Shown: positions 18,062 to 29,390, numbered from the stretch's first letter. The stretch: 64,000 nucleotides of DNA from Solirubrobacterales bacterium (GCA_050258755.1 JBLMZI010000001.1:73833-137832), one strand, 5' to 3'. Translations and numbers: made by a program. The notes: generated from the letters alone by a model not told the origin.

Positions 18062-19768
18062 TTGAATTTCATTGAAGACTTTAAAACCAGGCTGAGAAGC
18101 GCGATTGACAGCGCTTTAGAAGACCTGAAAGCGAACGGTGAGATCACGTTTGACGCGATCCCCGAATATGTGATTGAGGCGCCGCGCGAGAAGACGCACG
18201 GTGACTTTGCCGCCAATGTCGCCATGCTTATGGCGAAACCGGCGCGCATGGCGCCGCGCAAGATCGCAGAAATGCTTAGTGGCCGGCTTCAAGCCGGTTC
18301 TTTGATGACGGCACAGGGAAGCGAGCCAAAGTGGGTCGATCAGATTGAAGTGGCCGGAGCCGGCTTTTTGAATTTCCGGCTGAATCCACAGTGGCTGCTG
18401 CCGGTTGCAGGTACGATTGCCCGTCTGGGCGACCGATGGGGCTGCGCGCCGGAAAACGGGAAAAAGGTGCAGGTCGAATTTGTCAGCGCCAACCCGACTG
18501 GCGATCTCCACATGGGCAATGCCCGCGGCGGAGCCATCGGCGACAGCCTGGCCAACATCCTGAAAGCCGCCGGGTATGATGTACAGAAGGAATTCTATGT
18601 GAATGACGCCGGGAACCAAATTGAGCTGTTTTCGGTCTCTTTGGAGGCCCGGTATTTTGAAATGATGGGGCGGGCGTTCGAATTGCCCGAAGGCGGGTAC
18701 GCCGGACAGGACGTCATTGATACTATTCGCGAGGCGGTCACCGAATTCGGCGAAAGTTTGCTGCCGATGGACACCGCGGAGCGGCGCCGCAAGCTGGTAA
18801 CTTTCGCATTGGGGCGCAGGGTTCAGTCCATTCAAACAAGCCTGGCTCGGTTTGGCATTCATTACGATGTCTGGTTTCGGGAGAGCTCGCTGTACCAATC
18901 CGGTGAAGTCGATCAGGTTGTGGCCGAGCTGACCGAGAAGGATTACATCTATGAGAAAGAAGGCGCGAAGTGGTTCCGATCAACCCGGTTCGGGGACGAG
19001 AAGGACGAAGTGGTGATTCGGGCCAATGGCCTTCCCACATACTTTGCGGCCGACATTGCGTATCATAAGAATAAATTCCGCAGAGGTTTTGACTGGGTGA
19101 TCAATGTCTGGGGCGCAGACCACCACGGGCACGTCTCCCGCATGAAAGGCGCGGTGGCTGCAGTCGGGGGAGATCCCGAGAAATTGGACGTTGTCATTAT
19201 GCAGTTGGTCCGGCTGTACCGCAACGGCGAGATTGTGCGGATGTCCAAACGGACTGGCACCCTGGTGACTCTGGATGAACTGCTGGACGATGTCGGCGTG
19301 GACGCCGCCCGGTTCTTTTTCATCATGCGGAGCCCGGACAGCCACCTCGATTTTGAGCTGGAATTGGCCAAAAAAGAAAGCCAGGAAAACCCGGTATACT
19401 ATGCGCAATACGCGCATGCGCGTATTTGCAGCATTATGCGCCAGGCTGTGGCCCAGGGGATTGCCATGCCTGATCCGTCGGCCATTGACCCTGGCTTACT
19501 GAATTCTCCAGAGGAAGTGAATCTGATCCGCCGGCTGGCTGATTTCCCGGAGGAGATCATGGCGGCCGCCCGCACCATGGCGCCGCAGCGCATTCCGCAT
19601 TATGTGATGGATCTGGCGGGGCTCTTGCACAGTTTTTATCACGAACACCGGGTGCTCCAGGAGACCGAGGCGGTGCGCAATGCCCGGCTGGTGCTGATGG
19701 AAGCGACCCGAATCACGGTGAAAAACGCGCTGGGACTGATCGGGGTAAATGCGCCCGAACGGATGTAA
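18062..19768 (+). CDS. argS: Arginine--tRNA ligase
   Basis: 568-aa ORF with a TTG start and AGGAGG 9 nt upstream. The class I signature region reads [15 protein letters not shown], and MSKRTG is the KMSK-type motif. Confidence 0.95.
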   Translation: MNFIEDFKTRLRSAIDSALEDLKANGEITFDAIPEYVIEAPREKTHGDFAANVAMLMAKPARMAPRKIAEMLSGRLQAGSLMTAQGSEPKWVDQIEVAGAGFLNFRLNPQWLLPVAGTIARLGDRWGCAPENGKKVQVEFVSANPTGDLHMGNARGGAIGDSLANILKAAGYDVQKEFYVNDAGNQIELFSVSLEARYFEMMGRAFELPEGGYAGQDVIDTIREAVTEFGESLLPMDTAERRRKLVTFALGRRVQSIQTSLARFGIHYDVWFRESSLYQSGEVDQVVAELTEKDYIYEKEGAKWFRSTRFGDEKDEVVIRANGLPTYFAADIAYHKNKFRRGFDWVINVWGADHHGHVSRMKGAVAAVGGDPEKLDVVIMQLVRLYRNGEIVRMSKRTGTLVTLDELLDDVGVDAARFFFIMRSPDSHLDFELELAKKESQENPVYYAQYAHARICSIMRQAVAQGIAMPDPSAIDPGLLNSPEEVNLIRRLADFPEEIMAAARTMAPQRIPHYVMDLAGLLHSFYHEHRVLQETEAVRNARLVLMEATRITVKNALGLIGVNAPERM

Positions 19769-19813
19769 AGCCCAAGCGCATTTGATACGATATTAGGTAA
19801 GGAGGGGATCGGT

Positions 19814-20023
19814 GTGGAAAAGAAAAGTGAAGCGGACTGGGCATACGCGATCATCGAAGAGCGGGACGGCCCGGTACATTACCGTGAACTGCTGGACGAA
19901 ATCATGGCCCGCATGAACAAGCCGCAGGACGCAAAATCCATGGCTTCGATCTACACCCGGATCAACGTTGACATTCGTCTGGTCCACATCGGAGAAGGAT
20001 ACTGGATCCTGCGCAACCGCTAA
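19814..20023 (+). CDS. rpoE: RNA polymerase delta-subunit-like protein (HARE-HTH domain only, no acidic tail)
   Basis: 69-aa ORF with a GTG start after GGAGGGG. ...YRELLDEIMARM...MASIYTRINVDIRLVHIGEGYWILRNR resembles the N-terminal domain of Bacillus RpoE (IAQFYTDLNIDGRF...WGLRSW). It lies upstream of pyrG, as in Bacilli. Confidence 0.6.
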   Translation: MEKKSEADWAYAIIEERDGPVHYRELLDEIMARMNKPQDAKSMASIYTRINVDIRLVHIGEGYWILRNR

Positions 20024-20040
20024 TAAGGGGATAGCCGCTC

Positions 20041-20673
20041 ATGAAAATCACCTGGCTGGGGCATGCCTGCTTCCTGATCGAAGCGAACGGGAAAGCTGTC
20101 GTGACCGATCCGCCCGGTGTTCAGTACGGGTACAAGCTGCCCGACGTCACCGCCGATGTGGTTACGATCAGCCACAACCACAACGACCATAATGCCGCGG
20201 ACCTGATTCACGGCAAACCGGTCGTCATCTCGCAGCCCGGCCTGACCCGGGTCGGTGACATCTCCTTCAAAGGCATCGTGACTTACCATGATAAGCAGCA
20301 AGGAAGGCTCAGAGGGAAAAACGTGGTGTTCGTCATCCAAGCGGAAGGCCTCACCGTCGCCCACCTCGGCGACCTTGGCGAGCAGCCTGGCGAACAAATC
20401 CTCTCCGAAATCGGTCCAGTCGATATCCTGCTCGCACCGGTCGGCGGCACCTACACCCTGGACGGTCCCGAAATGAAAACGCTTATCGACCAATTGAAAC
20501 CCGGGATTACGATACCCATGCATTATATGACTCCGGATGTTACGATCCAGCTGGCACCGCTCGAAGACTTCACGCGCCTCTACCCGACGGTCGTGAAAAA
20601 GCCCTTCCTGTCGCTGTCAGCCGAACAAGTAAACACCTTGCCCGAAGTGGTCGTTCTCGATTATCATAGGTGA
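20041..20673 (+). CDS. MBL-fold metal-dependent hydrolase (UPF0173-like)
   Basis: 210-aa ORF reading MKITWLGHACFLIEANGKAVVTDP...ISHNHNDHN. Confidence 0.85.
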   Translation: MKITWLGHACFLIEANGKAVVTDPPGVQYGYKLPDVTADVVTISHNHNDHNAADLIHGKPVVISQPGLTRVGDISFKGIVTYHDKQQGRLRGKNVVFVIQAEGLTVAHLGDLGEQPGEQILSEIGPVDILLAPVGGTYTLDGPEMKTLIDQLKPGITIPMHYMTPDVTIQLAPLEDFTRLYPTVVKKPFLSLSAEQVNTLPEVVVLDYHR

Positions 20674-20705
20674 GTGGTCGAGATGACCTCTTTTCTTTTG
20701 TTTAA

Positions 20706-22391
<1,686 letters not shown>

Positions 22392-22413
22392 CCGGATTCA
22401 TATTTTATTGTGA

Positions 22414-22450
22414 AGATCCCCTGGGTTGAAAACACCCGGGGGATCTTTTG
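22414..22450 (+). terminator. Rho-independent terminator after pyrG
   Basis: AGATCCCC ... GGGGATCT hairpin followed by TTTT. Confidence 0.7.
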
Positions 22451-22513
22451 CGATTCCACCATTTTTGGGCGATAATGAAAGTGTTCAACCAGGACTGAAA
22501 GAGGGCAATCTGA

Positions 22514-23761
22514 ATGGTTTGCAACCGGGGCGCGATCAGCCGGCTTTTGGCTGCTGCAGTCGTTATGACATTACTTTTGGGGTTTGGCGTAATCGCGCTT
22601 GCCGGCGGCGATTCCGTAACCACAAGCGATACGCTGTCTTTGGTCAGCGCGCCTGATTCGGACTTGTTTATCACCGGGATTTTTCCGTCACCGGCCGTTT
22701 CGGATAACGGATTGGTGTACATGACTATGGGACACAGGCTGGTTAAACAAAGGGGCTTTGCGGGGCGTTCGCCGGATGTATCAAAACTGCTGCGCAGTGC
22801 TTACCCGCTATACAGAAGCATGAACGACGGGCGGAGCTGGGAGCTGGTTAATTTACCAAATGACTTTTCGATCTCCTCCACTGTCGCTGTGAAAAATATC
22901 GGATTCCTCCCGGACGGCCGAACGGTGGTCACTGTACTAAAAAACGATATTTCCCGCACCTTTGTCAGTCATGACGGGATTGCCTGGGAAGACTTTGATC
23001 CAAAGGGTGTTCGGCTTACGCTGGATTCCTATTGGTGTTCACCGTTGATAAGGCCTTCCGGAGTGCCGCGTCCATCTGTGGACCAGCTGGTCGGCTCGAC
23101 CTGGACCACGCTGGCGGGGAGCCAGTTAAAGATGGCGACCAAGGGAAAGAAATGGGATAAGACGCTGATGGGCGGGGTCAAGAGTTATTGTGTGCTCGGT
23201 GGTAAGACGCTGCTGGTCATGGACAAAAAGTGCGAACTGTACCGCTGCTCGCTCGACGGCACCAAGAAAAAGGTCACGGGATTTCAACTGAAAATGGGAA
23301 AAATTTCGGGAAGCAAAACCACGCTTTACCCCGAAATTGCTTCGGTAACGACGCCGGATGGCGGCTGGGCTGTTGTCGCCTTTGACTATTCCGAAGGCGC
23401 GAACGTATACTGCTCGGTATCCCCAAGTGTTAACTGGTACCGGGCAGATCGCCGCGGATTGGCTTCGAAACCAGGTTATCCCCCGACCAGAATCGTACGT
23501 ATCGGGCTTGCTGCCAATGGGTGGCTGGGCGTGCTTGATTCACAGGGTAGGCTGTTTCTGTCGCATGACTATGGCCGGCACTGGTCGGCACCCTCAAACA
23601 CCTCGTATGACGAAACGAAGATCGCAGCCGTGAAGTTAAAGATTTTACCGCTGAAAAATGCCGCACTTGCGGTTATTTCAGGAGACGGGATCAATCAATA
23701 CATGATCTACCGGTTTGATGCCCCGGCATCCACAGCGGCGGCCCCGAAGGCGCCGCTGTGA
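22514..23761 (+). CDS. Membrane-anchored protein with Asp-box/BNR-like repeats (probable beta-propeller, Ycf48/sialidase-like fold)
   Basis: 415-aa ORF with the N-terminal hydrophobic segment LLAAAVVMTLLLGFGVIALA. It carries SxDxGxxW-type motifs: SMNDGRSWELV, SHDGIAWEDF and SHDYGRHWSAP. Confidence 0.7.
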   Translation: MVCNRGAISRLLAAAVVMTLLLGFGVIALAGGDSVTTSDTLSLVSAPDSDLFITGIFPSPAVSDNGLVYMTMGHRLVKQRGFAGRSPDVSKLLRSAYPLYRSMNDGRSWELVNLPNDFSISSTVAVKNIGFLPDGRTVVTVLKNDISRTFVSHDGIAWEDFDPKGVRLTLDSYWCSPLIRPSGVPRPSVDQLVGSTWTTLAGSQLKMATKGKKWDKTLMGGVKSYCVLGGKTLLVMDKKCELYRCSLDGTKKKVTGFQLKMGKISGSKTTLYPEIASVTTPDGGWAVVAFDYSEGANVYCSVSPSVNWYRADRRGLASKPGYPPTRIVRIGLAANGWLGVLDSQGRLFLSHDYGRHWSAPSNTSYDETKIAAVKLKILPLKNAALAVISGDGINQYMIYRFDAPASTAAAPKAPL

Positions 23762-23840
23762 CTCGCGGAGCCGTCCCCCGGCTCGTCAGGCGAAAACAGA
23801 GAAGTCAAAGGAGACAAGAAGGAAAAGAGGGGCTATTTCC

Positions 23841-25121
23841 GTGAAAAATCTGCAGCGAGTAAAGAATGGACAAACGATTTGGGTCGCCACGGCAGTCGGC
23901 ATCCTCTTACTGACGATTATGCTCTGGCTGTCCTGGCAGGGAATGACTGAAGCTTCCGAAAGCGGGTTCTCAGTTGTAAGTGCACCGAGCGAACTGCGTG
24001 GAAAGATCTTTGACGTATTCACCATGCCCGACTCCGATCAGACCGGCGTTGTGTTTATGATCTTCGAAGATGATTATCAGGAGATTGCCGCCCACGGAAG
24101 TGTTTTGCGCACGGTTCCGCCGTTTTACCGCAGCACCGACTCGGGAAGGACCTGGAATTTGGTGTTATTTCCCGACGCCGATCTGGGCTCTGTGACCGAC
24201 AAAATCGGGATCTACCTGTTGGGGTTCTTGCCTGACGGGAAAATTTACATGAAAACATATAAAGAGCGGAAAACGCAGAACCTCGTTAGCGCTGACGGGA
24301 TTGAATGGCAGAACGTTGACCCGAAGGGGCTGACGCCGGATCGGAATCCGGGGGCAAGCACCGGTATGGCGCGAATCAGTTTGACGACACCGCAGCCGGT
24401 TGGTCAGCAGTGGGTCCAACTGAAGAAAGAAACCATCGCGATATCCGCCGACAGAGGGAAGACGTGGAGCCCGCAGCCGTTTACCGGAATCAGGGATGCT
24501 GTTTATTTAGATGATCAGTCACTGTTGTTGGCGGACAATCGAGGCCAGGTTTTCCGGGCGCTGCTGAATGGCCCGGTACGGACCGTCAACAATGTGTCAA
24601 TTTCAGGCGCGGTCCTGATGCTTCCGATTCGCGAACGCAGCGGGAACATGACATTCGTTCTCTATGATCCGCAGCAGCCGGGAGCGGTTTGGGTATCTAG
24701 AGATCAAGGGGATAATTGGATGCAGATGGATAAAAAATGGTTCATCCCGGCGGCGAATTACAGACCGGAAAGGCCGACCCAGGTGGTGGCAGCGCGCGGA
24801 GGATGGATCGGGGTGACCACAGAATCGGGGCGGTTCCTCATCTCCTGGGATTACGGTCAGCATTGGGCTGTTGGTTCGATTGGCACGGGAACGGTGGTCA
24901 TCATGCCGGTCAAAGATGGCGCGATGCTTATTGCCAATGGGGTTGAAACGAGATATTACCGGTTTGCGAAGCCACAAAGCGAAGTTAAGCTCGATTCATC
25001 AGGGACGGCCGCAAAGCCTGCGGCAGCGACAGCGGTCTCTGCAAAGCCGAAACCGTTGGCCAAGGGCAAAACACTTCCGGCGAAAACCGCAAAACCCAAA
25101 CCGAAAAAGACCAAAAAATAG
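23841..25121 (+). CDS. Paralogue of 22514..23761: membrane-anchored Asp-box/BNR-like repeat protein with a Lys/Pro/Ala-rich C-terminal tail
   Basis: GTG at 23841 lies 8 nt after AGAGGGG; the ORF opens at 23715 and overlaps the previous gene. The TM segment reads IWVATAVGILLLTIMLWLSW. Motifs are STDSGRTWNLV, SADGIEWQNV, SADRGKTWSP, SRDQGDNWMQ and SWDYGQHWAV. The tail reads AKPKPLAKGKTLPAKTAKPKPKKTKK. Confidence 0.7.
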   Translation: MKNLQRVKNGQTIWVATAVGILLLTIMLWLSWQGMTEASESGFSVVSAPSELRGKIFDVFTMPDSDQTGVVFMIFEDDYQEIAAHGSVLRTVPPFYRSTDSGRTWNLVLFPDADLGSVTDKIGIYLLGFLPDGKIYMKTYKERKTQNLVSADGIEWQNVDPKGLTPDRNPGASTGMARISLTTPQPVGQQWVQLKKETIAISADRGKTWSPQPFTGIRDAVYLDDQSLLLADNRGQVFRALLNGPVRTVNNVSISGAVLMLPIRERSGNMTFVLYDPQQPGAVWVSRDQGDNWMQMDKKWFIPAANYRPERPTQVVAARGGWIGVTTESGRFLISWDYGQHWAVGSIGTGTVVIMPVKDGAMLIANGVETRYYRFAKPQSEVKLDSSGTAAKPAAATAVSAKPKPLAKGKTLPAKTAKPKPKKTKK

Positions 25122-25132
25122 GGCGACAAAAG

Positions 25133-25168
25133 GGCCCCGGCCAGCATGATAAGGAGCCGGGGCTTTTC
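25133..25168. terminator. Hairpin terminator between convergent genes
   Basis: GCCCCGG (25134..25140) pairs with CCGGGGC (25157..25163) and is followed by TTTT. Confidence 0.6.
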
Positions 25169-25192
25169 CTATTCGACATCCCGCGGGCCGGA

Positions 25193-25531
25193 TTAGTCCT
25201 GCACGATTTCGACCGCGCCGGATTGCTCCAGGATGGAACGTACTGTGTCCGCATCGTGCTTAGGGGTTTTAACCGCAACCAGGACCCCGGTACGGCCGCG
25301 AAGACCGTCTATGCTTTCCCAGAACGGGGCGTGATCGCCGAGCCGAATGCTTTCGGTTTCAGTCTGTACTAAAGAAACACCCATTTCCGTTGCTTCTTCC
25401 ACCGTCCGCCAGGCCGGAGTCTTGGTCATGTCGCTGATAATCAATTCCTTGCGGTCGAACCCGGCGTTGCGCAGGCTGTCTACCACGGCGCCGATCTGTT
25501 CGTCCGCCGGAAAGCGTCCAATAATCCGCAA
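25193..25531 (-). CDS. Small protein with a YflT/general-stress-protein-17M-like domain
   Basis: TTG at 25531 lies 9 nt after GGAGG. LRIIGRFPADEQIGAVVDSLRNAGFDRKELIISD follows the YflT-type pattern. The longer 135-aa reading has no RBS. Confidence 0.45.
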   Translation of the reverse strand: MRIIGRFPADEQIGAVVDSLRNAGFDRKELIISDMTKTPAWRTVEEATEMGVSLVQTETESIRLGDHAPFWESIDGLRGRTGVLVAVKTPKHDADTVRSILEQSGAVEIVQD

Positions 25532-25601
25532 AGCAATACACCTCCTCTTCAATAATAAGTCCGGGAAAGTGGCCCGATGTGGCCGAAAGGGGCAGATCAT
25601 G

Positions 25602-26495
25602 CTACCCTGACCGACCGCTTTTTGGTTTCACAATTTGGTCAAAATTTCGGGCCAATTCGGTTAGATGGCCGGCCAGATCGGACCCCCGAATTGCGGGGCC
25701 GTGCCCGGCAACTGCAACGGAAGGGCGCAGTGCCGCCAGCTGCCAGATCGAATCCTTGGCGGCTTCCCAATCCGGGGTAAAGTAAGCCGGCGGTCCGCTC
25801 AGATCTTTTTCTTGCACAATGACCGCGCCAGCTTCTTCCTGTTTCACGGTCGTGAAGGCATCCCCGGCGATCAGCACCCGGTCACCATCTCGAAAGAAAG
25901 AAACATGACCGGGTGTATGGCCAGGCGTGTGAATCCAGCGCCAATCGGGAAGCCCCGGAACCCAACCTTCGGCGGGAAGCGGGTGAACCCGGCCGGTGAG
26001 GTTGATCGGTTCCTTAGGAAAAAGGGGAGAGATTTTGGCCATCACCCCCCGGGACGCATGCGGGTCGGGCTTCGGATAGAAGCGTTTCCCGGTGAGATAG
26101 GGAATCTCGTCTTCGTGGGCAAAGACCGGAACATCCCAATACCTGACCAATTCTACCAGGGCGCCGACGTGATCAAAGTGACCATGGGTAAGCAGAATCG
26201 CCTCCGGGCGGGTATCCCGGCCGAACAGTTTCTCCGAAGCCTTTACGATTCGCTCGGTGGACTGCGGCATCCCTGCATCAATCAGTGACCAGGATTTTTC
26301 GTCATCCTCACCGATCGGATTCCCAACCAGGCACACATTCGAAATGAAGGTCCTGAGGCTTGTGACCCGGGGGGCAACGCGGTGAAGGGTTTTCTCGGTT
26401 CCAGTACCGCGGGCAAACCACCCAAATAGTTTCAGCGCAAACTGCTTGAACGGACCGGCAGGATCCAGCGGAGCGGACTGTGTTTCTTTTGTCAC
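25602..26495 (-). CDS. MBL-fold metallo-hydrolase
   Basis: 297-aa ORF with a GTG start. It has LTHGHFDHVGA (HxHxDH) and later HTPGHTPGH. Confidence 0.85.
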   Translation of the reverse strand: MTKETQSAPLDPAGPFKQFALKLFGWFARGTGTEKTLHRVAPRVTSLRTFISNVCLVGNPIGEDDEKSWSLIDAGMPQSTERIVKASEKLFGRDTRPEAILLTHGHFDHVGALVELVRYWDVPVFAHEDEIPYLTGKRFYPKPDPHASRGVMAKISPLFPKEPINLTGRVHPLPAEGWVPGLPDWRWIHTPGHTPGHVSFFRDGDRVLIAGDAFTTVKQEEAGAVIVQEKDLSGPPAYFTPDWEAAKDSIWQLAALRPSVAVAGHGPAIRGSDLAGHLTELARNFDQIVKPKSGRSG

Positions 26496-26598
26496 TACGA
26501 ATCTGCCTTCCTCGTCAATTTTACGATCAGGATGCCCGGATGGCGTAAAAACTAGTGATCCCTTACCACGCCAAGAGTTTAAGCTTGTTCATTAAGAC

Positions 26599-27474
26599 TC
26601 ATGAATAATAGCTGGAATCAGAATCGGTATCGGAATTGTTTCGATGGATGCGCCCGGTGAGACATTGGCTCAGTTGAACCCCGCTCAGCGGGTTTCCATG
26701 CCCGGTAATGGCCGTTGATGGCTTCAGGCCGCACAATCGGTGCAGGGTCTCCCATTCGGGCGAGAAGAACGCCGGGCCCTGGGTTTGACCGGTTTCCAAC
26801 TGACCTTCACCGGCAGCTTCATCGGCAAGAATCGCATCGCCTGCAATCAGCAGTTGATCGGAATCGCGGAAGTAACTGACGTGACCCGGGGAGTGTCCAG
26901 GCGAGGCAATCCAGTGCCATTGAGCAAACGCGGGAAGGCTGCCGTCTTCAGGCAGGGTTCGAAGGCGGTCGCCTAGGTCGATCGGGGTGTCCGGCCGCCG
27001 AATCGATTCCCATTTCCAGGCACCCGGATCGGTCGGGGGGTAAGTGGCCTGCCCCATTAAATACGGCAGTTCGGTTTCGTGCGCATACACGGGAACATCC
27101 CAAATATGCGCCAGCTCTGCAGCAGCTCCGGCGTGATCGATGTGGCCATGGGTTAAAAAAATAGCCTCAGGACGCGAACCTTTGCCAAAGAGCCGGTTGG
27201 CGGCGTGCAGAATCTGATGTCCGGACTGGGGATCACCGGTATCGATTAACATCCAGCGTTCTGAGTTTCCGTCCGGGCTGTCCGTCACAAAGCAGACATT
27301 GGCGCCAGAAGTGGACATACAGGCCACGCCTGGTGCGATCCGGTCCACGGATGCGGTTTCGTCAGGTTCGTCCGGCGCTGCGGCATCGCCCTTAAGCCAT
27401 GCCCACAAGCGTGCCCCAAGATGTCCCAGGGGACGGTCCGTTTCCCTGGGCTGCTGTGATTCATGATGGTTCAT
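26599..27474 (-). CDS. MBL-fold metallo-hydrolase, tandem paralogue of 25602..26495
   Basis: It has LTHGHIDHAGAA and SPGHSPGH. The ORF opens at 27558; AAAGGCGGA precedes ATG 27480 and ATG 27474, and I prefer 27474 on spacing. Confidence 0.8.
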   Translation of the reverse strand: MNHHESQQPRETDRPLGHLGARLWAWLKGDAAAPDEPDETASVDRIAPGVACMSTSGANVCFVTDSPDGNSERWMLIDTGDPQSGHQILHAANRLFGKGSRPEAIFLTHGHIDHAGAAAELAHIWDVPVYAHETELPYLMGQATYPPTDPGAWKWESIRRPDTPIDLGDRLRTLPEDGSLPAFAQWHWIASPGHSPGHVSYFRDSDQLLIAGDAILADEAAGEGQLETGQTQGPAFFSPEWETLHRLCGLKPSTAITGHGNPLSGVQLSQCLTGRIHRNNSDTDSDSSYYS

Positions 27475-27629
27475 TTTCATTCCGCCTTTCGTAGTTCCTA
27501 TTAAAGGATTCCCGGAAAAGGCGAAACCTAGTATAGGGTTGTCCCGAAGAACACGCAAAGATACGGCACTTTACGCGGTGCAAGGCGGGCTGGAAGAAGA
27601 TAAACGGAATGGCATAGAAGAGGAATAAA

Positions 27630-27764
27630 TCGGGGGGACGGCCACGGGCTGCGATCGGTGTTAGGTTGAGAACGCATATGCGCCATGCTGCAATGATTGC
27701 TATGTCGAAAGCTGTGACTCATCGCTGTGTTTGCGGAAATCGTGGTAAAAGGCCGTCCCCCCGA
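27630..27764. repeat. Perfect 14-bp inverted repeat enclosing 107 nt in the leader/intergenic region
   Basis: TCGGGGGGACGGCC (27630..27643) is the exact reverse complement of GGCCGTCCCCCCGA (27751..27764). Confidence 0.7.
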
Positions 27765-27834
27765 AATCATGACACCTAGGAATGCCTGACCTTAGCTCGC
27801 TTAAGGCCGGCAACAAAAAAAGAGGCCACTCCAA

Positions 27835-28158
27835 TCATCGTGGCGGTACGCTGCGTAGTTTTCCGGCTTGTTTGATGACGGTTCGTAGCTCGGAAACTGA
27901 ACCGGTTCCGGTGCTGGATGACTGGGTCTGTAAAAAGGATTCGATCAGCGCTTCGATGGTTTTGGGTGATTGCGGAAGTAAATCGATGATCAGGCCGGTC
28001 ATCGCAAGATACAGGCGCATGATCGCCTGATAGTTGGGAATCAGGCCGGAGATGGGATCAATTTGTCCAAAATGGGTTGGATTATCCCGAAACTCCTCAT
28101 AAAGGAGTTCTTCCAGAATGTCACGGATGATGTCCTGCTGGGTGTGGCTAAGCTGCAT
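27835..28158 (-). CDS. Hypothetical protein, divergent from the XRE regulator
   Basis: ATG at 28158 lies 8 nt after AGGTGA and opens MQLSHTQQDIIRDILEELLYEEF... (107 aa). I recognise no family. Confidence 0.5.
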   Translation of the reverse strand: MQLSHTQQDIIRDILEELLYEEFRDNPTHFGQIDPISGLIPNYQAIMRLYLAMTGLIIDLLPQSPKTIEALIESFLQTQSSSTGTGSVSELRTVIKQAGKLRSVPPR

Positions 28159-28213
28159 GCTGCGATTCACCTGTGCTTTCCAATTCCGTAGGATAGCCTG
28201 TTAACAGAATAAG

Positions 28214-28259
28214 TGTAAAAAATGCACTGGTCAAGATATAATGTGTGATATATACACAT
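28214..28259 (+). promoter_or_regulatory. Candidate promoter and palindromic operator of the XRE gene
   Basis: TATAAT at 28237..28242 with a weak -35 (TGTAAA, 28214..28219). The imperfect palindrome ATGTGTgatatatACACAT (28241..28259) overlaps the -10 and the start site. Confidence 0.35.
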
Positions 28260-28378
28260 CGATTGAAGCCGATCAATATCTGCGCGTATCCTGTTACTAG
28301 TAGCTTTTTCACAGATCCGGGACGCGGCATCTTTATACAGGATGAGCGGCCGGTTAAAAGCTGCCAGGAGTGTGACAG

Positions 28379-28714
28379 ATGACTAGATTGAGAGAGAGAA
28401 TGAAGACGCTGCGCCAGGACCTGGGATTGACCCAGGAACAACTGGCGGCACAGATTGGCGTCCACAGGGGGACCGTCGCCAACTGGGAAACCGGCCGGGC
28501 TAATCCGGATCCGGTGATGATGGGACAGATTGCGGATGTTTTTCGGGTTTCGGTCGATTACCTGCTTGGGCGGACCGACCGGAAGTGGGTCGACTTTTCG
28601 CCGGACCTGGTCGAAATCGCGGACCGGACCGAGCGCCTGACCCAGCTTCAGCGCGAAAAACTGCTTGAATTTCTGGACCTCATCTCCGAGGATGCAACGC
28701 GCTTCCAGAAGTAA
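28379..28714 (+). CDS. XRE-family helix-turn-helix transcriptional regulator
   Basis: 111-aa ORF reading LRQDLGLTQEQLAAQIGVHRGTVANWETGRANPDPVMMGQIADVFRVSVDYLLGR. Confidence 0.85.
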   Translation: MTRLRERMKTLRQDLGLTQEQLAAQIGVHRGTVANWETGRANPDPVMMGQIADVFRVSVDYLLGRTDRKWVDFSPDLVEIADRTERLTQLQREKLLEFLDLISEDATRFQK

Positions 28715-29016
28715 CCTAACAACTTACAGCCTATCGATGCGTTCGCCGTTCAGTCGTTCAAGGCATGAAAGCCGCCCCTGCTGTAACCGCCCTCTTGTTC
28801 GACCGGGCACTACGAATCGTATATTTTTGCATGGGAATGTAGCGCTGCGAAAGAAATCGTCGAGAGAGGCACCGGGTACCAGCGGTACTCGCTGCCGGTG
28901 TGATTGTTTCGGCATTAGGGTTTGATCTTTGAAGGCAAATCAGGCTACGATAGGATGGACGTGGAGCGGTGCCAGGGCTGTGGTATCATGCTTTGGTTAT
29001 GAAGGGAGTCTCGGAC

Positions 29017-29313
29017 ATGGATGACAAAATACTAAACGCTGAACAGATCAAAGCGGAATTCGCCCGGCGGAAACTGCGCCAGAAGCGGGTCTTGATCACC
29101 CTGCTTCCCTTTGTGTTGGTTCTGGTGGCGATTAAGTGGGAGTGGCTTCCCATCCGGCTTTCGCAGAACTGGATCGGCGGACTGTTTCTGGTCATCGTGA
29201 TCATCGCCATGACTTTTTCGGGGCTTAACTACCGGTGCCCAAACTGCGGCGCTTACCTGGCCCTCAAGCAGGAGGGCAAGGTTTGTGGAAAGTGTCAGGC
29301 CGAGCTAAAATAG
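29017..29313 (+). CDS. Small membrane protein with a C-terminal zinc ribbon
   Basis: ATG at 29017 lies 8 nt after AAGGGAG. It has two hydrophobic segments (LITLLPFVLVLVAI, GGLFLVIVIIAMTF). The C-terminus reads CPNCG...CGKC. Confidence 0.5.
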   Translation: MDDKILNAEQIKAEFARRKLRQKRVLITLLPFVLVLVAIKWEWLPIRLSQNWIGGLFLVIVIIAMTFSGLNYRCPNCGAYLALKQEGKVCGKCQAELK

Positions 29314-29337
29314 CGGGTTGCGCCAGAATTGCGAAAA

Positions 29338-29378
29338 GAAGGGTCAGAGGGCATTCGCCCGGTCTGACCCTTTTGTAT
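29338..29378. terminator. Hairpin terminator between convergent genes
   Basis: GGGTCAG (29341..29347) pairs with CTGACCC (29364..29370) and is followed by TTTTGT. Confidence 0.6.
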
Positions 29379-29390
29379 TCTCTGATTACC

